64,000 bases of DNA from Toensbergia leucococca (GCA_022813965.1 JALDZS010000128.1:1-64000); one strand, 5' to 3'. Counted from the first letter of the stretch, positions 12,427 to 25,472 are shown. Notes: generated by a model from the sequence alone, not told the origin. Translations and numbers: made by a program.

Positions 12427-14249
12427 ATGGATTCTTTGAACGCAAGACTAGATATTCCCCTGAGGGAACCCAGTCATCCTCAAGCATACTTTGCAGAAGA
12501 GGAGGAAAAGTGGCACGGTTATATTGAATGGGAGAAATACCCCGAGAAGAAAGCAAGGGCGGCAGAGATCCTATCGCATTACTCGTTCGCAGGCGTGAGA
12601 TGAAGCTTGATACTCCGCTGACCAAGTCGTGTCACTATATCAGAGCTAATAGCTTTGCTTGATGCTCGCAGGAACCCGAATTTCAATTGGCCCCAATCCC
12701 AGACCGGAATCCCAAGCTTGAGGGTGTGAGATGGAAGCAATATCATGCCGCCCTCGGTCCAACACTGGCAAATGTGCCCCAGGAAAGCTGGGACTTTGTT
12801 AAAAAAGAAAAGGCCGAGGATATGATACATGTTCTAGATTTTCCGTACAATGGAGAGCCGCCTAAGGTGCGTTTCATCAAAGTCTTCAGCACAGCTTCCC
12901 TTACCTGATCCTGATAGGATCGATTGGTGTCGACGCCCTTGACACGTAATGAAGATCACTTTGTTCGCAATCATGGCGGTATTCCTACCATCAAGGAAGA
13001 GGATTGGTTTCTGGACGTTGGAGGCATGGTCAGTAAACCTCAACGACTCACCATGGAGGATTTGAAAAATGAGGCCATCTTTCCCCGTCAGACCAACGTG
13101 GTGACGCTGCAATGCTCTGGAACAAGAAGAATTGAACAGATTCATGAGTACCCCGGTGATGGAGATGAGCTTATTAACGCTCCAGTAAGATTATATTCTT
13201 CCAATCGTTGAAAGTATGGGTATTCATGTTTGTCACAGTGGGGAGAAGGAGCCATAGGTACAGCTCGATGGACCGGAGTTAGCCTCAAGAAAGTCATCAA
13301 GTACTGCGGCGGCCTTAAAGAAGGTGCCAAGCACATTGAGTTCATGGGCGTCGACACATATTTCAAAAAGGGGCAGGTCTTCAATTATGTCGTCTCGGTA
13401 CCCTGGCGAAAGGTAAAAATACACGAAGTCCTCCTAGCCTGGGAGATGAATGGCAAGCCCCTCCCCAAAATTCACGGCCACCCTTTACGAACAGTAGTAT
13501 TTGGCTACATTGGGGCAAGGTACATACCATCTTCTCTGAACATGAAAATTGGAAAGAACCCTGCCTTCTAACCTCCTGTAAATAAAATCAGAAGCGTCAA
13601 ATGGCTCAATCGCATCAACGCCATCGCCGAACCCAGCACCGCCCCTGTCCAAAAAAAAGAGTACCTCTACTACTCCCCCCAAATGGGCAAGCACAACGCA
13701 ACCTACAGCTCCGGCTTCTCCATCCAAGACATGCCCGTCTCCTCAGCCATCATGTCCCCAACCGACCAAGCCGTCCTCATTCACGACGGCAAAATCAACA
13801 TGCGCGGCTGGGCCTACAGCGGCGGCGGCCACTGGCCCGAACGCGTCGAAGTCAGCGGCGACGGCGGCTCCGTCTGGTACGAAACCCCCTACGAAAAACT
13901 GAGCCAGAAATTCTACCATGCGTGGCGGCTGTGGGAGATTGATTTGCCTGTCGACGCCGAGGGCTGGCTGGAGCTGGTGGTGCGCTGCTGGGATAACGCG
14001 CTCAATACGCAACCGACGTTTGTGCGGTCGACGTGGAATTGGGACTTGCACGTCACGTCGTCGTGTCATCGCGTCAAGGTCTTCAGCGTCAATACGTCCC
14101 GACCCGCGACTGCGAAGCGGATGCGGCAGTTGGAGGAGAAGGGGATTGGGTTTTTTCCGTTGACGAAGCCGTTGTCCATTGATCTTGAGGAGGACGAGGA
14201 GTATGAGACTGAGATGCAGAGGAGGGGGGGAAGGGATCCGGAGGAATGA
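12427..14249 (+). CDS. Sulfite oxidase-family molybdopterin oxidoreductase (no visible cytochrome b5 domain)
   Basis: Five exons. YNGEPP, HFVRNHGGIP, Mo-ligand LQCSGTRR, EMNGKPLPKIHGHPLR, GARSVKWL and dimerisation domain GWAYSGGG. Confidence 0.9.
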
Positions 14250-14741
14250 TCTTTTTTTTTTTCAATGATGGGGAGGGGAGGGTAGTACATTTCAGAGTCA
14301 TCCTACCTCGTAGAATAGATTTTCATTTAAGAAATAATTAAGTACACCCTGCCACTAACCTGAACTTTGGTGGGCGGTGCAAGACTTGTATAGTAACTCG
14401 CAACTCACGACTTCCAAAATGAATGGCTAGGATTTGCTCATCATTACCTTTCACACCCCGCCTCTCCTCTCTTAAAAACAGGACCTTTACTCTTTGGCAA
14501 ATTTTGATAGGAAAATCCAAAACTACCGTGATACTTACAATATGCTCGGATTCCTCGGAAAAGAAACAAAGGATGGGATTTTACCCCCACGAGAAAAGCA
14601 GGCTACAACATGAAATAAACAAAATGACCACCCTCATCCCCCCACAATTCCACCTTCATCATCATCACCATCACCAAACCCCCTCCCCCCCCCTTCAAAA
14701 AAAAGACTTCTCAACAAAAAACCCACAAGCTTAAGAAAAAC

Positions 14742-14941
14742 TAATATCCCACTGCAAAATTACGAAAAAAACACCCCAGGCCGAATTTGCCCCAAAAAAG
14801 GGTTCGGGGGTCCCGTACTCAAAAGCAGTGGGTGTATGTATTTTCAATCTCGTCTCTTTGCACCCCTTTTTGGGGTCGGTGCATCCGGCTCTAGATCAGC
14901 GGTGGGGTAGAGGGTAGCTGAGCGAGCGAGGCGGGAGACTT
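14742..14941 (-). ncRNA. Box H/ACA snoRNA, snR36/SNORA36-like (predicted guide for the 18S rRNA site equivalent to yeast Psi1187)
   Basis: Minus strand folds as hairpin-hinge(AAAAUA)-hairpin-AUA-NNN. The 3' hairpin has lower stem CCCACUGC/GCAGUGGG. Pocket strands UUGAGU and AAUU pair with 18S AAUU-[U]G-ACUCAA, 14 nt from the AUA box. G-U pairs favour the minus strand. Confidence 0.7.
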
Positions 14942-15175
14942 GTTTTTTGTTTCCTTTGTGTGGTGGGAGGGAGAGGTTTCGGGGCGAAGGGAGGGGAGGG
15001 TAAGAGAAGGGAGGGAAGGGAGTGGTCAAATGAAAGTGATTGATTGATTGATTGATTGATTTATTGGGTGTGATGAATTGTGTTTGAGAATTACCTGGGA
15101 TACGAGCCGAGATATTTTGTACATCTGTGACCACCCGGGGCCTTTCTTTGATAAAATTGGAAGAGCAAACGCTAT

Positions 15176-18100
15176 TTAATACGCCACTCGTGTTCGCATG
15201 TCCTGCTCTTCTCATTAGCCCTACTTTTCTCGTTCGTGGCGAAGCAACACATGGAAACGGAGACGGGGACTTACAGAAATCTTCCTCTCAATCTCTCGGA
15301 CCGATCTATCCAATTCCCCGGCAATCATTTGCTTTTTGTCATTTGGAAGCAACGCGTACCGCTCGCACACTGTATACATATCAGTCCATCCATCTCTTGA
15401 ATGGTAAAAGTCGTCTTAGAGCAAATAGCGCGAAAGGGTGTTCATCTTACAATCTCCATCAATAACACCCTTGACAGGTACATAGTAGCTCCGGTAAATC
15501 AAATGGTCCCTGCCCGCCAACGGGGCATCTTCGCTCCTCAAATGCTGCTCGAGCGTCTGGAAGAAATCGACATCTTCTCGACTGACAAATGGTATCAATA
15601 TTCCTAATGTGCCTTGTAAACCAGTCCATACAAGTATATCCCTTCCTCCCGCTACCAATTGAGTCTTTTGTAGACTCGTCGGTATATCCTGCGGAAAGAA
15701 GTGAGACATGAGTGCAACACGATTTGGAGCTCCTTGTAGGTACTGGCGTTCGTGAACGAGATGGGCTCCAGAGCCATCTTCGTCGGCTTCTTCGGAGGCT
15801 TTTTGGGGACATCGTAGCAGCCAGAGGTTGCCAAATTTGTCGCCTCCAGCCACGGTTTCGTAATCGACCATGGTCGTACAGGTCGTCCATCTGGCTATGA
15901 CGTCGTCGACAAATGGAATTAATCGGTTCTCCTGGTATTTATACACGACATAGACAATACTCTCTTGTACGTCGCTGACGATTATACGACTGCCTTGGGT
16001 TTGCAAGCCAACAATGAGGTTGGGTACAACTTGTGCTTGGCATTTTCGAAGTAATTGCTTCATACCTAGATCGAAGATTCGCAGATTAGTGCCGACGCCG
16101 GCAAGAAGACGACCTTGGAAGGCAAGTAATGCCATAGGAGGTTCTTCAACTGTAGTTTTATGGATGAATTCAAGTTCTTTTCCATCTTCTTGGAAGCGAT
16201 AGACATGGATAAAACCTGCGCTGAATGACCTTGGGCTTACGACTATGTCCTTGCCCGTACCAACTACTAGGAACGTCTCGTCGTCCTGACTGGAAAATGA
16301 CACTATTGCTATACTCACGGCTGCTTCGTTTTCATCTAGATCGATTTGTTGCAGAACTTTCTTGGACTTGATAGGATCAATGACATGGATGCAAGATGCC
16401 CAGTGTCCCTGCGCACGTGGATAGCCGAAGTCCTCAGGAGGAAGCATGACGCCGTCTCCATTGACTACCGTAGAGTCATTGAGCAACCGTTGTTTTGTAG
16501 AAGGAGAAAGTGTGTTGTTATCGGATTCGATGGTATAGAACAATGGCTGGTCGGGGTGACGGACAAATTTTCGAGGGGTATATGTCAGAGGTATTGACTG
16601 CTGGAGAAGATTGTTGCCGAGTTTCTCAATGGAGAAGATCCTAAATGCTGTCAACTTGGAAGCAACACAAGAAGCCAAGTGTCAACGGAGCATTGAGAAT
16701 ATCTGTCAGAAGGAACAATTGGATTTGTAATATGGATCCTCACGATCATGAAAGACATAAGAAGGAGTATAATGGAATCATCACAGATAAGTTCAGAAAA
16801 TTACTGCATTGCTGATCGGGGTTGACTTACCTCAAGTTCTGACCTTGAATACCAACCATGCCTTCTATGCACTGCTCACTGCTGAAGTTTGAACCCCATT
16901 CCAAGCCTACGTAGTTCAGAGGTGTGAGCATAAATCCCTTTGTTTGTGGATCGGAGTAACCAAGCCAAGGACGAGAGCTCAATGCAAGCACAGCGGGTTG
17001 GCCTTTGACAGAAACTCTGAACAACTTTGCCGGTTTGGGGCCAAGGAATCTCGTTCTGGTATCAGAAAGCTCTCCAGTGATTTCGTCTAGAACTGTACGT
17101 AGGTATACTCCGGAATATAGCCCAATGTGCAAGTACAGGGTTGATCCACCCGAAGAAGAATCGGCCATAGCCATGATGGAAAGTGCGCTCGGCGCAGATG
17201 TAAGGGCTTGCACGGACTTGTTCTCTAGAGTAGAGTCTGGGTCGAGGCTAAGAATCCTGACCGTCGAGTCATCGCAGCCAACAGCAAGAAATTGACTTCG
17301 AACACGACCTTCCGGTACTTCACCAAGACTCAAACAGGTCACAGTGCCACTCATCTCACGCTTTTCGTCGTACTCGGCAAGAGATCCATCCTGATCCATT
17401 TCAAAGTAGACTATCTCTCCAGAACTCAAAGCTACAGCAACTTGTCTTTCATTCGTGGTAGCCGCTACAATCGATCGATGTTGCGGAGCCGGCCATTCGT
17501 TGACTCTTCGGTCTGCTCTAATGTGTCTGATTCCTTTTGGATGAACTTGGATCAGTGCATCTTCCCCTAGCTGCTGAACTGCCAGTGTTGGAGCTGACGA
17601 TAAGAAGCCAGTGTCTGTGACTTCTTCCACTGTTTCTCCAATACTTAGCACTAACGTGCCATTTATAAAGGAAAGCACGATATACGCATCATACTGATCA
17701 TTACGCGTGATCTTGGTCGTCCAAACTGCTGAAGGGACGCTGGGTAGTTCAGAATCAACAATGTCGTTGACTTCCAACCCATGCTTGAGCGTTCGAAATG
17801 TACTTCGGGCACCACTTCCACATATCGAGTAGATCTGAGGCGCATCCTCATCCATGAGGTTGGCTACTTTGCAGTCCATTATAGGATTCATGGAATCAAT
17901 GCTTTCCACCAGATTCACGTTCTCTGCAGGGCGAGGGTGGAAATAAACGGGGGCGTAGCTTTCAGTTGGATCCGTAGGAAAAGCATCACTGTCGAATTCA
18001 GTCTCGTTATCATCGTCGCCGAGCTTCTCGAACTGATAAAAAAGATGATTCCCAGTCTCACTAGCAACGAAGAGGAAGCCGCTTTTCAGAATGCAGAGAC

Positions 18101-19302
18101 TCGAGGCGATAGGGACCGTATCAAAATATTTGATCTTCAACTTCTTGACTTCGCCGGTCGGCTGTCCGTTCCCGTCCTCCACCATGTCGAGGGTGACTTT
18201 GAACAGATCTCCGTCTTCGCTCTGAAGTAGGAAAAAGAAGGCTCCTCGCATTTTATGCATAACACCAGATATGATAAACCGTTTGCGCTCGGGGTTTTCC
18301 GTTACTCCTCTCCGACGGGGTATGGCGACCCTGAAGGACTCTTGATTTAAGTGTCGATAGGTGATATTGTCTTCTCCGCACACAAGCACACCACTGGGCC
18401 CATCTGAACCACCAGGCACTTGAAGCAGCATGGTGGCTGTACGGTCCACTGGATCAGTCCATTTACGAACCACATGATTGAGACCTAGATCGAGTTCATA
18501 ATAGACCAACGACTTCTCAAGATCCTCGAATGCTTGCCCTGTCGGATCTTGATCACATTCTGTATAGTCGACCTCAAGAGCGGCAAATACTGGATTTTCG
18601 TAGCCTACATCGAGACCCACCAAGGCAAAGACCAAGGTTTGGGGTTTGTGTGCCTCGAGGGGCGAGGATATTGTCAACTCAGCCTGCGCATTCCGATTTA
18701 GAACGTAGACAAGTTTGTTTTTCTCAACCGAAGCTATCAGACAAGCCCTACCCTTTGGATCTACTGCAAGGTATTGTCCTGGTATCACCCGCCTTATCCC
18801 TGATTTACCGAAGGTCTCGAGATGTAATCTATTGAAACGATTTTGAGAGGGAACATATTCGATGATGGTTATACGTCCCGAATCGGAGCCGATGATAATG
18901 TAGTCTATCACAAAGTCTCAGCATATATTCGTCGACATATTGCTTCACTCGAAGCAGAATCGTCGCGAGTAGGCGCCTTGGCTAGGTGTGTCGAGCTGGC
19001 ATTGATGCTTCAAGAATCACTAAACGTAGGCTCTAGGAGTCTACAGAACTTGACATACCTTTATTGCTACCCGCCAATCTGAAAGCGGCCAGGGTCCTTA
19101 TGATGCCAAATACATCTTGAGAGAGAAGGGTGCTGATCTTGCCCTGAGTGGGATCTGGTCGATGGATAGTAAGGCGAGATCCAGAAGCCGTCACGATCTG
19201 TTGCTCTTTCGTTCCGGCAAATTGACCGAGAATTGCCTGGGCTATAGATGAGGGAGGCTGGATGGTAAGAGAGTACATGAACATGGAGGAAGTGGTGGCC
19301 AT
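15176..19302 (-). CDS. RSE1: Pre-mRNA splicing factor Rse1 / SF3B3
   Basis: [77 protein letters not shown]. 5 exons. Confidence 0.97.
16700..16789 (-). ncRNA. Intronic box C/D snoRNA, snR41/SNORD62-like (predicted guide for the 18S site equivalent to yeast Am541)
   Basis: Inside RSE1 intron ~16641-16830. Terminal stem UAUCUG/CAGAUA, C box GUGAUGA, D box CUGA, candidate D'/C' boxes AUGA/GUGAGGA. The 13-nt guide UCCAAUUGUUCCU is complementary to conserved 18S AGGAACAAUUGGA. Confidence 0.88.
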
Positions 19303-19590
19303 GGCGCAATGCTATCAGCCCAGAGGCTGTCAAAATGCAGTGATCTCCGAGGCGAATATATCTTGTGCGCGTCGTAGGAGTGTGGGCTTCGACGGAGTAC
19401 CTTTGAGTCGATTAGGGCGAGAGTTTGGTGGTGGGGATTGAGGGATTGAGGTATTCTACTCGGTACGGAGTACGGAGTAGGAAGGGAAACTTTTGTGACA
19501 TGCATCTCTCGCTTCTCATTGGTCGAGCGCAATTCAAGCTGGTTGACGACAAGATATTTGTCCATTTCCATTCTCTACTGGCCTCACACA

Positions 19591-21208
19591 ATGTCGGTCG
19601 GATATACTTGTCAGAGGTGTTTGAGGAGCCTAAGAGGCACATATCATTCCATGCCACGCCTATCCACCTTTAAACCCATTTCCAGGAATCCTTCAGTTAA
19701 AAACCAGAATGTCACCACCGGCCTTCTCCAACAAAAGCGTGCTGCATCCTCTTTACGCCCCCAAGAGCAGTCCGTGGACGAGCCAGTAGAGATACCGACC
19801 CCCGATGGCCTTGCATCAACGCCAGTTCCCACCACCGTCGAACGGCCGCTACTCCAGCCCGATAATCTCTTCCATCTCTTCTCGTTCTCGCCCTCCCGCC
19901 AGATACGAAAGAGAGCAGACTACATAAAGCAACATGCCTTCTGCCCACATCCAAACCACCAAGGAACACACCAGCCCACGATACATCAAGACCGCGAAGT
20001 CAAAGACTCATCGCTTCAAAAACCAGAATATGTCCGCTTTGAGTGTCCGGATTGTGGAATCCCTGTCTCATGCTCTGAAGATCATTGGGCAGATGACTAT
20101 GAATTTCATATGGGATTATGTGACACTCTTCGAGAAATCAATGAGGATGATCACGATCTACAATCTGGGCGATTCTTTCCAGAGTTTGAATACCCGGGCC
20201 CCCAGATGGAAGAGGCACTTGTGAACATGACGAATTGGGACACCTTCTTATATTCCAGAGAGTTCAATGCAATCAACGAACCAAGGAGTATGAGACAGGC
20301 AACTCGATTGCTTACTTATCCTGTAACTATTGGGAGTGTCTTGCACGAATTAAGTCCTTACAACATTCGACGAGGTGGACGGTTAACCGTTGAAGGACTG
20401 AAAAGTCTAAGCGGTAAGTCTCGAGGCTATATTTACTGACAGTGACTGATTTTCTAAAGCACTACGATACACATTACATCCTCCGCGAACAGGAGCCGGT
20501 CTAGACATTAAAGGTCTCCGGCCCAACCCGCCACCAACACGTATCTTCATCCTCGGCGCTCGTGCGGAATCTTCACTTCCTCGTGAAGTATGGGTCCAGC
20601 TCTCGCACATGTTTCCCCGTGTCTCATTTCACCTTATCTTCATTGGACCCGAAAGCATGGCGAATCGAGACTCGGAATTCCCATTACCCATACGAACACC
20701 GAGCAACCCTTTCGGAGCAATTGTGGAGGACAGAATAAGCCATCAGATGAAGATAAGTACATTTGTTGAGTACTACCACACTCTGCACGAAGCCAACCTC
20801 TTCTATCCCTACGACCCCTACTTTGATTGCTTCATGCTCTTCCATCCCGGCTTGGGCCATCCAGCCAGCTCGCTCGAATGGGAGAAAACAATTCCGCAGC
20901 TTCTGGAGACTAAAGTCCCGATCTTTTGCACGGGATATACCGAGTATGACATGGATCGAGATCGATCATGGATAGAGAAAACGATGAACGGGGAGTATGA
21001 TTTATTGATGGAGCCTGGAGAAAATCGGTTCAGGTCGTTAAGGTGGGATTTGAATGATTTGAATCCTTCGGATGTCACGTGTGGTAACTGGGGCATATGG
21101 GCTTTCAGGGGGAAGAGGTATGGATGTTATTTTTTTCCGTGCAGATTGAGTTTGGCTAATATTTTATGTTTTTACAGGTACGAGACAACCATGAAAGATG
21201 TCGAGTAG
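19591..21208 (+). CDS. MSS51: Mitochondrial COX1 translational regulator Mss51
   Basis: Basic presequence; zf-Mss51 (AFCPHP..CPDCGIPVSCSEDHW..LCDTLREINEDDHDL); LGARAESSLP, LFHPGLGHP, NWGIWAFRGKRY. Introns ~20414-20459 and ~21118-21177. Confidence 0.93.
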
Positions 21209-22669
21209 TCATAAGATATGTTGAGTTGCAGCCAAACCAATTGCTGTATAATCTTCTCCAAAATCAGATACGTTAATCAGCCGAGTGACCTCACCCCTTG
21301 GTGCAAACCCCTGCTATGATAATGATGAAGAGACATGATCATCATCACCCCATTAATTCACAGTTGAAGCAGATGCACATCTCAACACTGCACAACGCAT
21401 TGCTGCTCCTGGCTACAATCTCAATTTAACGGAAAATAACAAGCTCGTTGACCTTCACCGATGAATGCTCCTGTTCACTGTAAGCAGTCACGTCCGTCCC
21501 TCGTCTATTTCATGACCCACCACACGCAAAAACTGCAGCATTCTTACTTCTCGAATCTTAATTGCAGCATACCGAAAAAAAACCTCCAACGGAAGAATCT
21601 TAGCGGATAAGATACTAGACACCCCCCAACCACGCTTCGTTCACATTGCTGCAATTCCGATAACTTCCATATCTACAGATACCAGACTAACGCATTTCCA
21701 CCATACCAGAGCCAGCACCACTGGCATTGGCTGCTTTTACATCTCCGGCCAATCTCCGCGCGGTTCATCCCACATGCCTCGCGACAAACCTCCCTACCCA
21801 TGTTGGTATATTAAATACCTCTCGGTCTAGATTTCAAACAATTTGAAAGTTCTACCCCTCTTTGGTATCGCTTCTTGGACCTAAAGCTTGGTATATACTT
21901 TTCCTTTTTTGTGGTACTGATGGGTATTTTGCGGCAATTGTGGGGGTTTTGTTGTGGGGTTTGTTGGTGGTGGGCTGTGAGTTTTTTTTTGGGGTTGTTG
22001 GGATGGGGATTGCGGTGCTGGATTTTGGGGTTGTGAGTTTGGGGAGTTTGTGGGTGCTGGTGGGTGCTGCTGGCTGCTGGTGGGGGAGATGGGGGTTTGA
22101 GGTCTATTTTAGAGGGGGGCGGAATTTCGAGAGCTTTAATCATCTCTTCGGACAGGATAAGTCCATCTATGAAAGTTTCGGCGGTATCTGAATGATCAGG
22201 ATCAAAAAGGTCGACGAAAGCGGTATTTTTGTTTTGGAATTTAAAAGAACGTATGTATGCCAGCATGAAACTTGATCGCATGTCATGAAGGAAAAAAAAA
22301 AAGACTGCAGAGAGAGTGGCGAACGGAGATTTAGTGAAGGTTTTTCGGTGTCATATCTTGGTCACCGACCACTAACTTCTCAGGGAACGTAGCTTGACTG
22401 AAACTTATATACCTGTCAGCCAAAAGACTCCTTCAAAGCTAAGTGACGATTTCCGGGGTTGGTGTGAATCTAAGAAGTAGGGTAGTTGGAAAGAATAGAT
22501 AAATAAATCTGAAGATTATTTTTCTTCCTGCAGCTAATTCAGGGGCCTCAATTAGACGTTTCAATGATCTACGCGGCTCCTTTGTACGACCAAAAGTCCG
22601 AAGAGCTCAATGATGGTGTAGTCATATTAATCCTAGTATAATAGATTGAACCAGTACTAAACCTTTCTT

Positions 22670-23953
22670 TCAAACGTATCCGTCCTTCCCTACAATCAAC
22701 CCATAGCATGGTCCATCTTTTTTGAACATGGATTGAAGGTCTGTGGCAATAGCTTCGGGAACTTCCCACGCGGCAAAATGCCCTCCTTTCGGATGCTCCT
22801 TTTGTTGACACACGGGGCCCAGGGTCTCCGCCCACGTGTTTGGCACGACACTAATCTCTCTGGGGAAATGGGCAATGCCAAGCTTCACATGAGGGATCCA
22901 CTTGAACAATGTGTAGGGAGTCACGTCAGATTGAGGCTGTGGGTGTGTAGCCTCGTGGTATATACGAACGCTAGCTGCCGGCCCAGCGGTAGAGAACCAG
23001 TAGATGGAAACAAAGGTCAAGATCTCATCATCGGTCCACGGATACTCGTCGGTCCAATCATGCAGCTTTTCATAGATCCAGGCAAGTAAACCGACGGGGC
23101 TATCAGCAAGAGCATATCCTATTGTTTGCGGCTTGGTGCTCTGGAGGACGTTGTACCCATAACCTTCTTTGTCGAACCACTCGGAGCGTCGACGGCCATC
23201 TTGCTCTCGAGGCGTGTATGGAGTGATGGCATGTCGTAAGGCGAGAAGCGGGTGTTTGTCAAAATGAGGTGGGCGTGCCAGTACCATGTTGATATGGGAT
23301 GCTTTGCAATGGTCTGGATATTGTAGGCCAATGGCCCTCGTCACGGAGAATCCCCAGTCACCTCCCTGTGTGACTACTGATGATCAGTCAATTGCACAGC
23401 GGGTCATGCACAGGTTGGTATCTTCTCATAACGCACCATACTTATCATAGCCCAGCTTGAGCATCAGCTTGTTGAGTGTTTCAGCATACTTTGTGAGCAC
23501 GAAACCTTTCTCGTTGATACCATCGGAGAAGCCAAAATTGGGTAGTGAAGGCGCCACTATGTGGAACGCAGGCAAATGACCATTTCCTTCCAATAGCGGT
23601 AATAGTTTGGTGACCTCAATGAAAGATCCTGGCCAGCCATGGGAAAATAATAGAGGGATTGCACTTTTAACAGGGCTGACTTGATGCACGAAATGTACAT
23701 TGATATTTCCAAAACCTTGAACATCTATTGCTGTTCTGAAGTTAGGGAGGTCATTGAGTTGAGCTTCAACCTTTCTCCAATCGAAGCCATCCTGCCAGTA
23801 TTTGGTGAGCCTCTGGATGTCGGAAACAGGCACGCCAAAGTCCCATAGCTTCGGGCCATTGACTTGGTCAGGAAATGTGGAAAAGGAGATTCGTTGGGAG
23901 AGTTGTCTGAGAGCTTCATCTGGTACAGAGATTGTGTAGGGTTCGATGGACAT
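22670..23953 (-). CDS. Microsomal-type epoxide hydrolase (EHN + alpha/beta hydrolase)
   Basis: HGWPGSF oxyanion motif, QGGDWG nucleophile, [21 protein letters not shown] catalytic His. Intron 23374-23436. Confidence 0.93.
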
Positions 23954-24304
23954 GATCAAGGTGTAATAGACTCATTTGCTAGCGAGTTTGAAGCGCCACG
24001 CACTGTGGGGTTTTCACTTTTCATTTTCACGTCACAGAGAAAACCACTCTATTCTACATCAAATACTAGCCATGAAGCTTACTTTTTAGAGTCTGGCACG
24101 CTGAGTCTCGATCTCTATAAATGTTAACAAGCAAATTCTCATGGAGTCAAAAGGAAATTAGGAGTGGATTGGGATGCCATTCATCGCTGTTATGATCCAA
24201 AAAACCCACCTCCTCCATGATCAGCTCCGATCCTCCTAAAGTGAAGCCGACAATATCAATCAAAGTCGGCATTCCTCTTAGAATCCATCTTACTCCCCTC
24301 AACG

Positions 24305-25472
24305 ATGGCAATACCACATGACGGTCTATCCGCCACCCCCACCCCAACCCCCGATCCTTCTCCTCCCAATGCCATTCGCGTGGGCACCCGCTCCTCCAAA
24401 CTCGCCCTAATCCAAGCGAATGGCATAGCCAACTCCCTCACAGCCACCCACCCGCATCTCTCCTTCCCCGTCTCCACCACGATCGTCTCCGGTGACGCCG
24501 ACAAAGCATCCTCGTTCGCCAAATTATCCGCCCATGTAGCCGGCACCTCCTCGGCCGACGCCGCGAAGAATCTCTGGGCAAAAGAGATAGAAGATCAATT
24601 ACTTGCAAACCATGTCGATCTCATCGTGCATTGTCTCAAGGACATGCCGACGGTGCTACCAAATGGATGCGAGCTAGGGGCTATTATTGAGAGAGACGAT
24701 CCCAGCGATGCTCTGGTAGCAAAGCCTAACTCAGCATACAAATCTTTGGACGACCTTCCCCCCGGCTCTGTCGTTGGCACGAGTTCCATCAGGCGGAAAG
24801 CGCAGCTCATGCACTTTTACCCTCATCTCGCTGTCAAGGAATGTCGCGGCAACGTGTAAGCCCCTTTCTCCCGTTACGTCATCTACCTTCTCATCATATC
24901 GCCGGGACAGTGACACCCGCCTCTCGAAACTTGACTCCCCTTCCTCCCCATACACCTGCATCATACTCGCAAGCGCTGGTCTTAACCGCATGAATCTCAC
25001 GCACCGCATCACCGCCCGCCTTACTGCCCCCTTGTTTCTTCACGCAGTAGGCCAAGGCGCGCTAGGCCTCGAAGTCAGAGCCGGCGACAAATCAACCTTA
25101 TCTCTCGTCCGCTCAGTTGAGCATCTTCCTACGCGATACAGAGGTCTGGCAGAACGATCTCTACTTCGGAAGCTGCAAGGGGGGTGCAGTGCGCCAATTG
25201 GAGTGAACACGTTCTTCCAGCAAGATTCGGCTACTCATGAAAAGGTGGAAGAGAATGCTCGGGAGGAGGAAGGGCCGATACTGACTTTGGTTGGCAGCGT
25301 TACGCACCCTAACGGTGGGATGGAGATTCGTGCTTCGGCTTCTAAATCAGTAAATAGCGACACCTCAGCCGAGGAGCTGGGATTTCACGTAGCGGAGAAG
25401 ATGCTAGTAAGTGGTGCCGACGGCTTACTGGCGGAGATAAAACATCATGAGCTAAAGGCTATCGAACAATGA
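24305..25472 (+). CDS. HEM3: Porphobilinogen deaminase (hydroxymethylbilane synthase)
   Basis: IRVGTRSSKLALIQ, VHCLKDMPT, VGTSSIRRKAQL, RGNVDTRL, AVGQGALG, and LQGGCSAPIG (cofactor Cys). Intron ~24856-24910. Confidence 0.92.

Noticed and set aside
18905..19058. Longer first intron of RSE1 with a small hairpin (TGCTTC-GAGT-GAAGCA) as a third snoRNA
   Set aside because: No convincing C box, H/ACA architecture or rRNA-complementary guide.
21600..22281. ORFs 21811-22281 (-) and 21862-22191 (+)
   Set aside because: They arise from G/T-rich low-complexity sequence; no domain or consistent exon chain.
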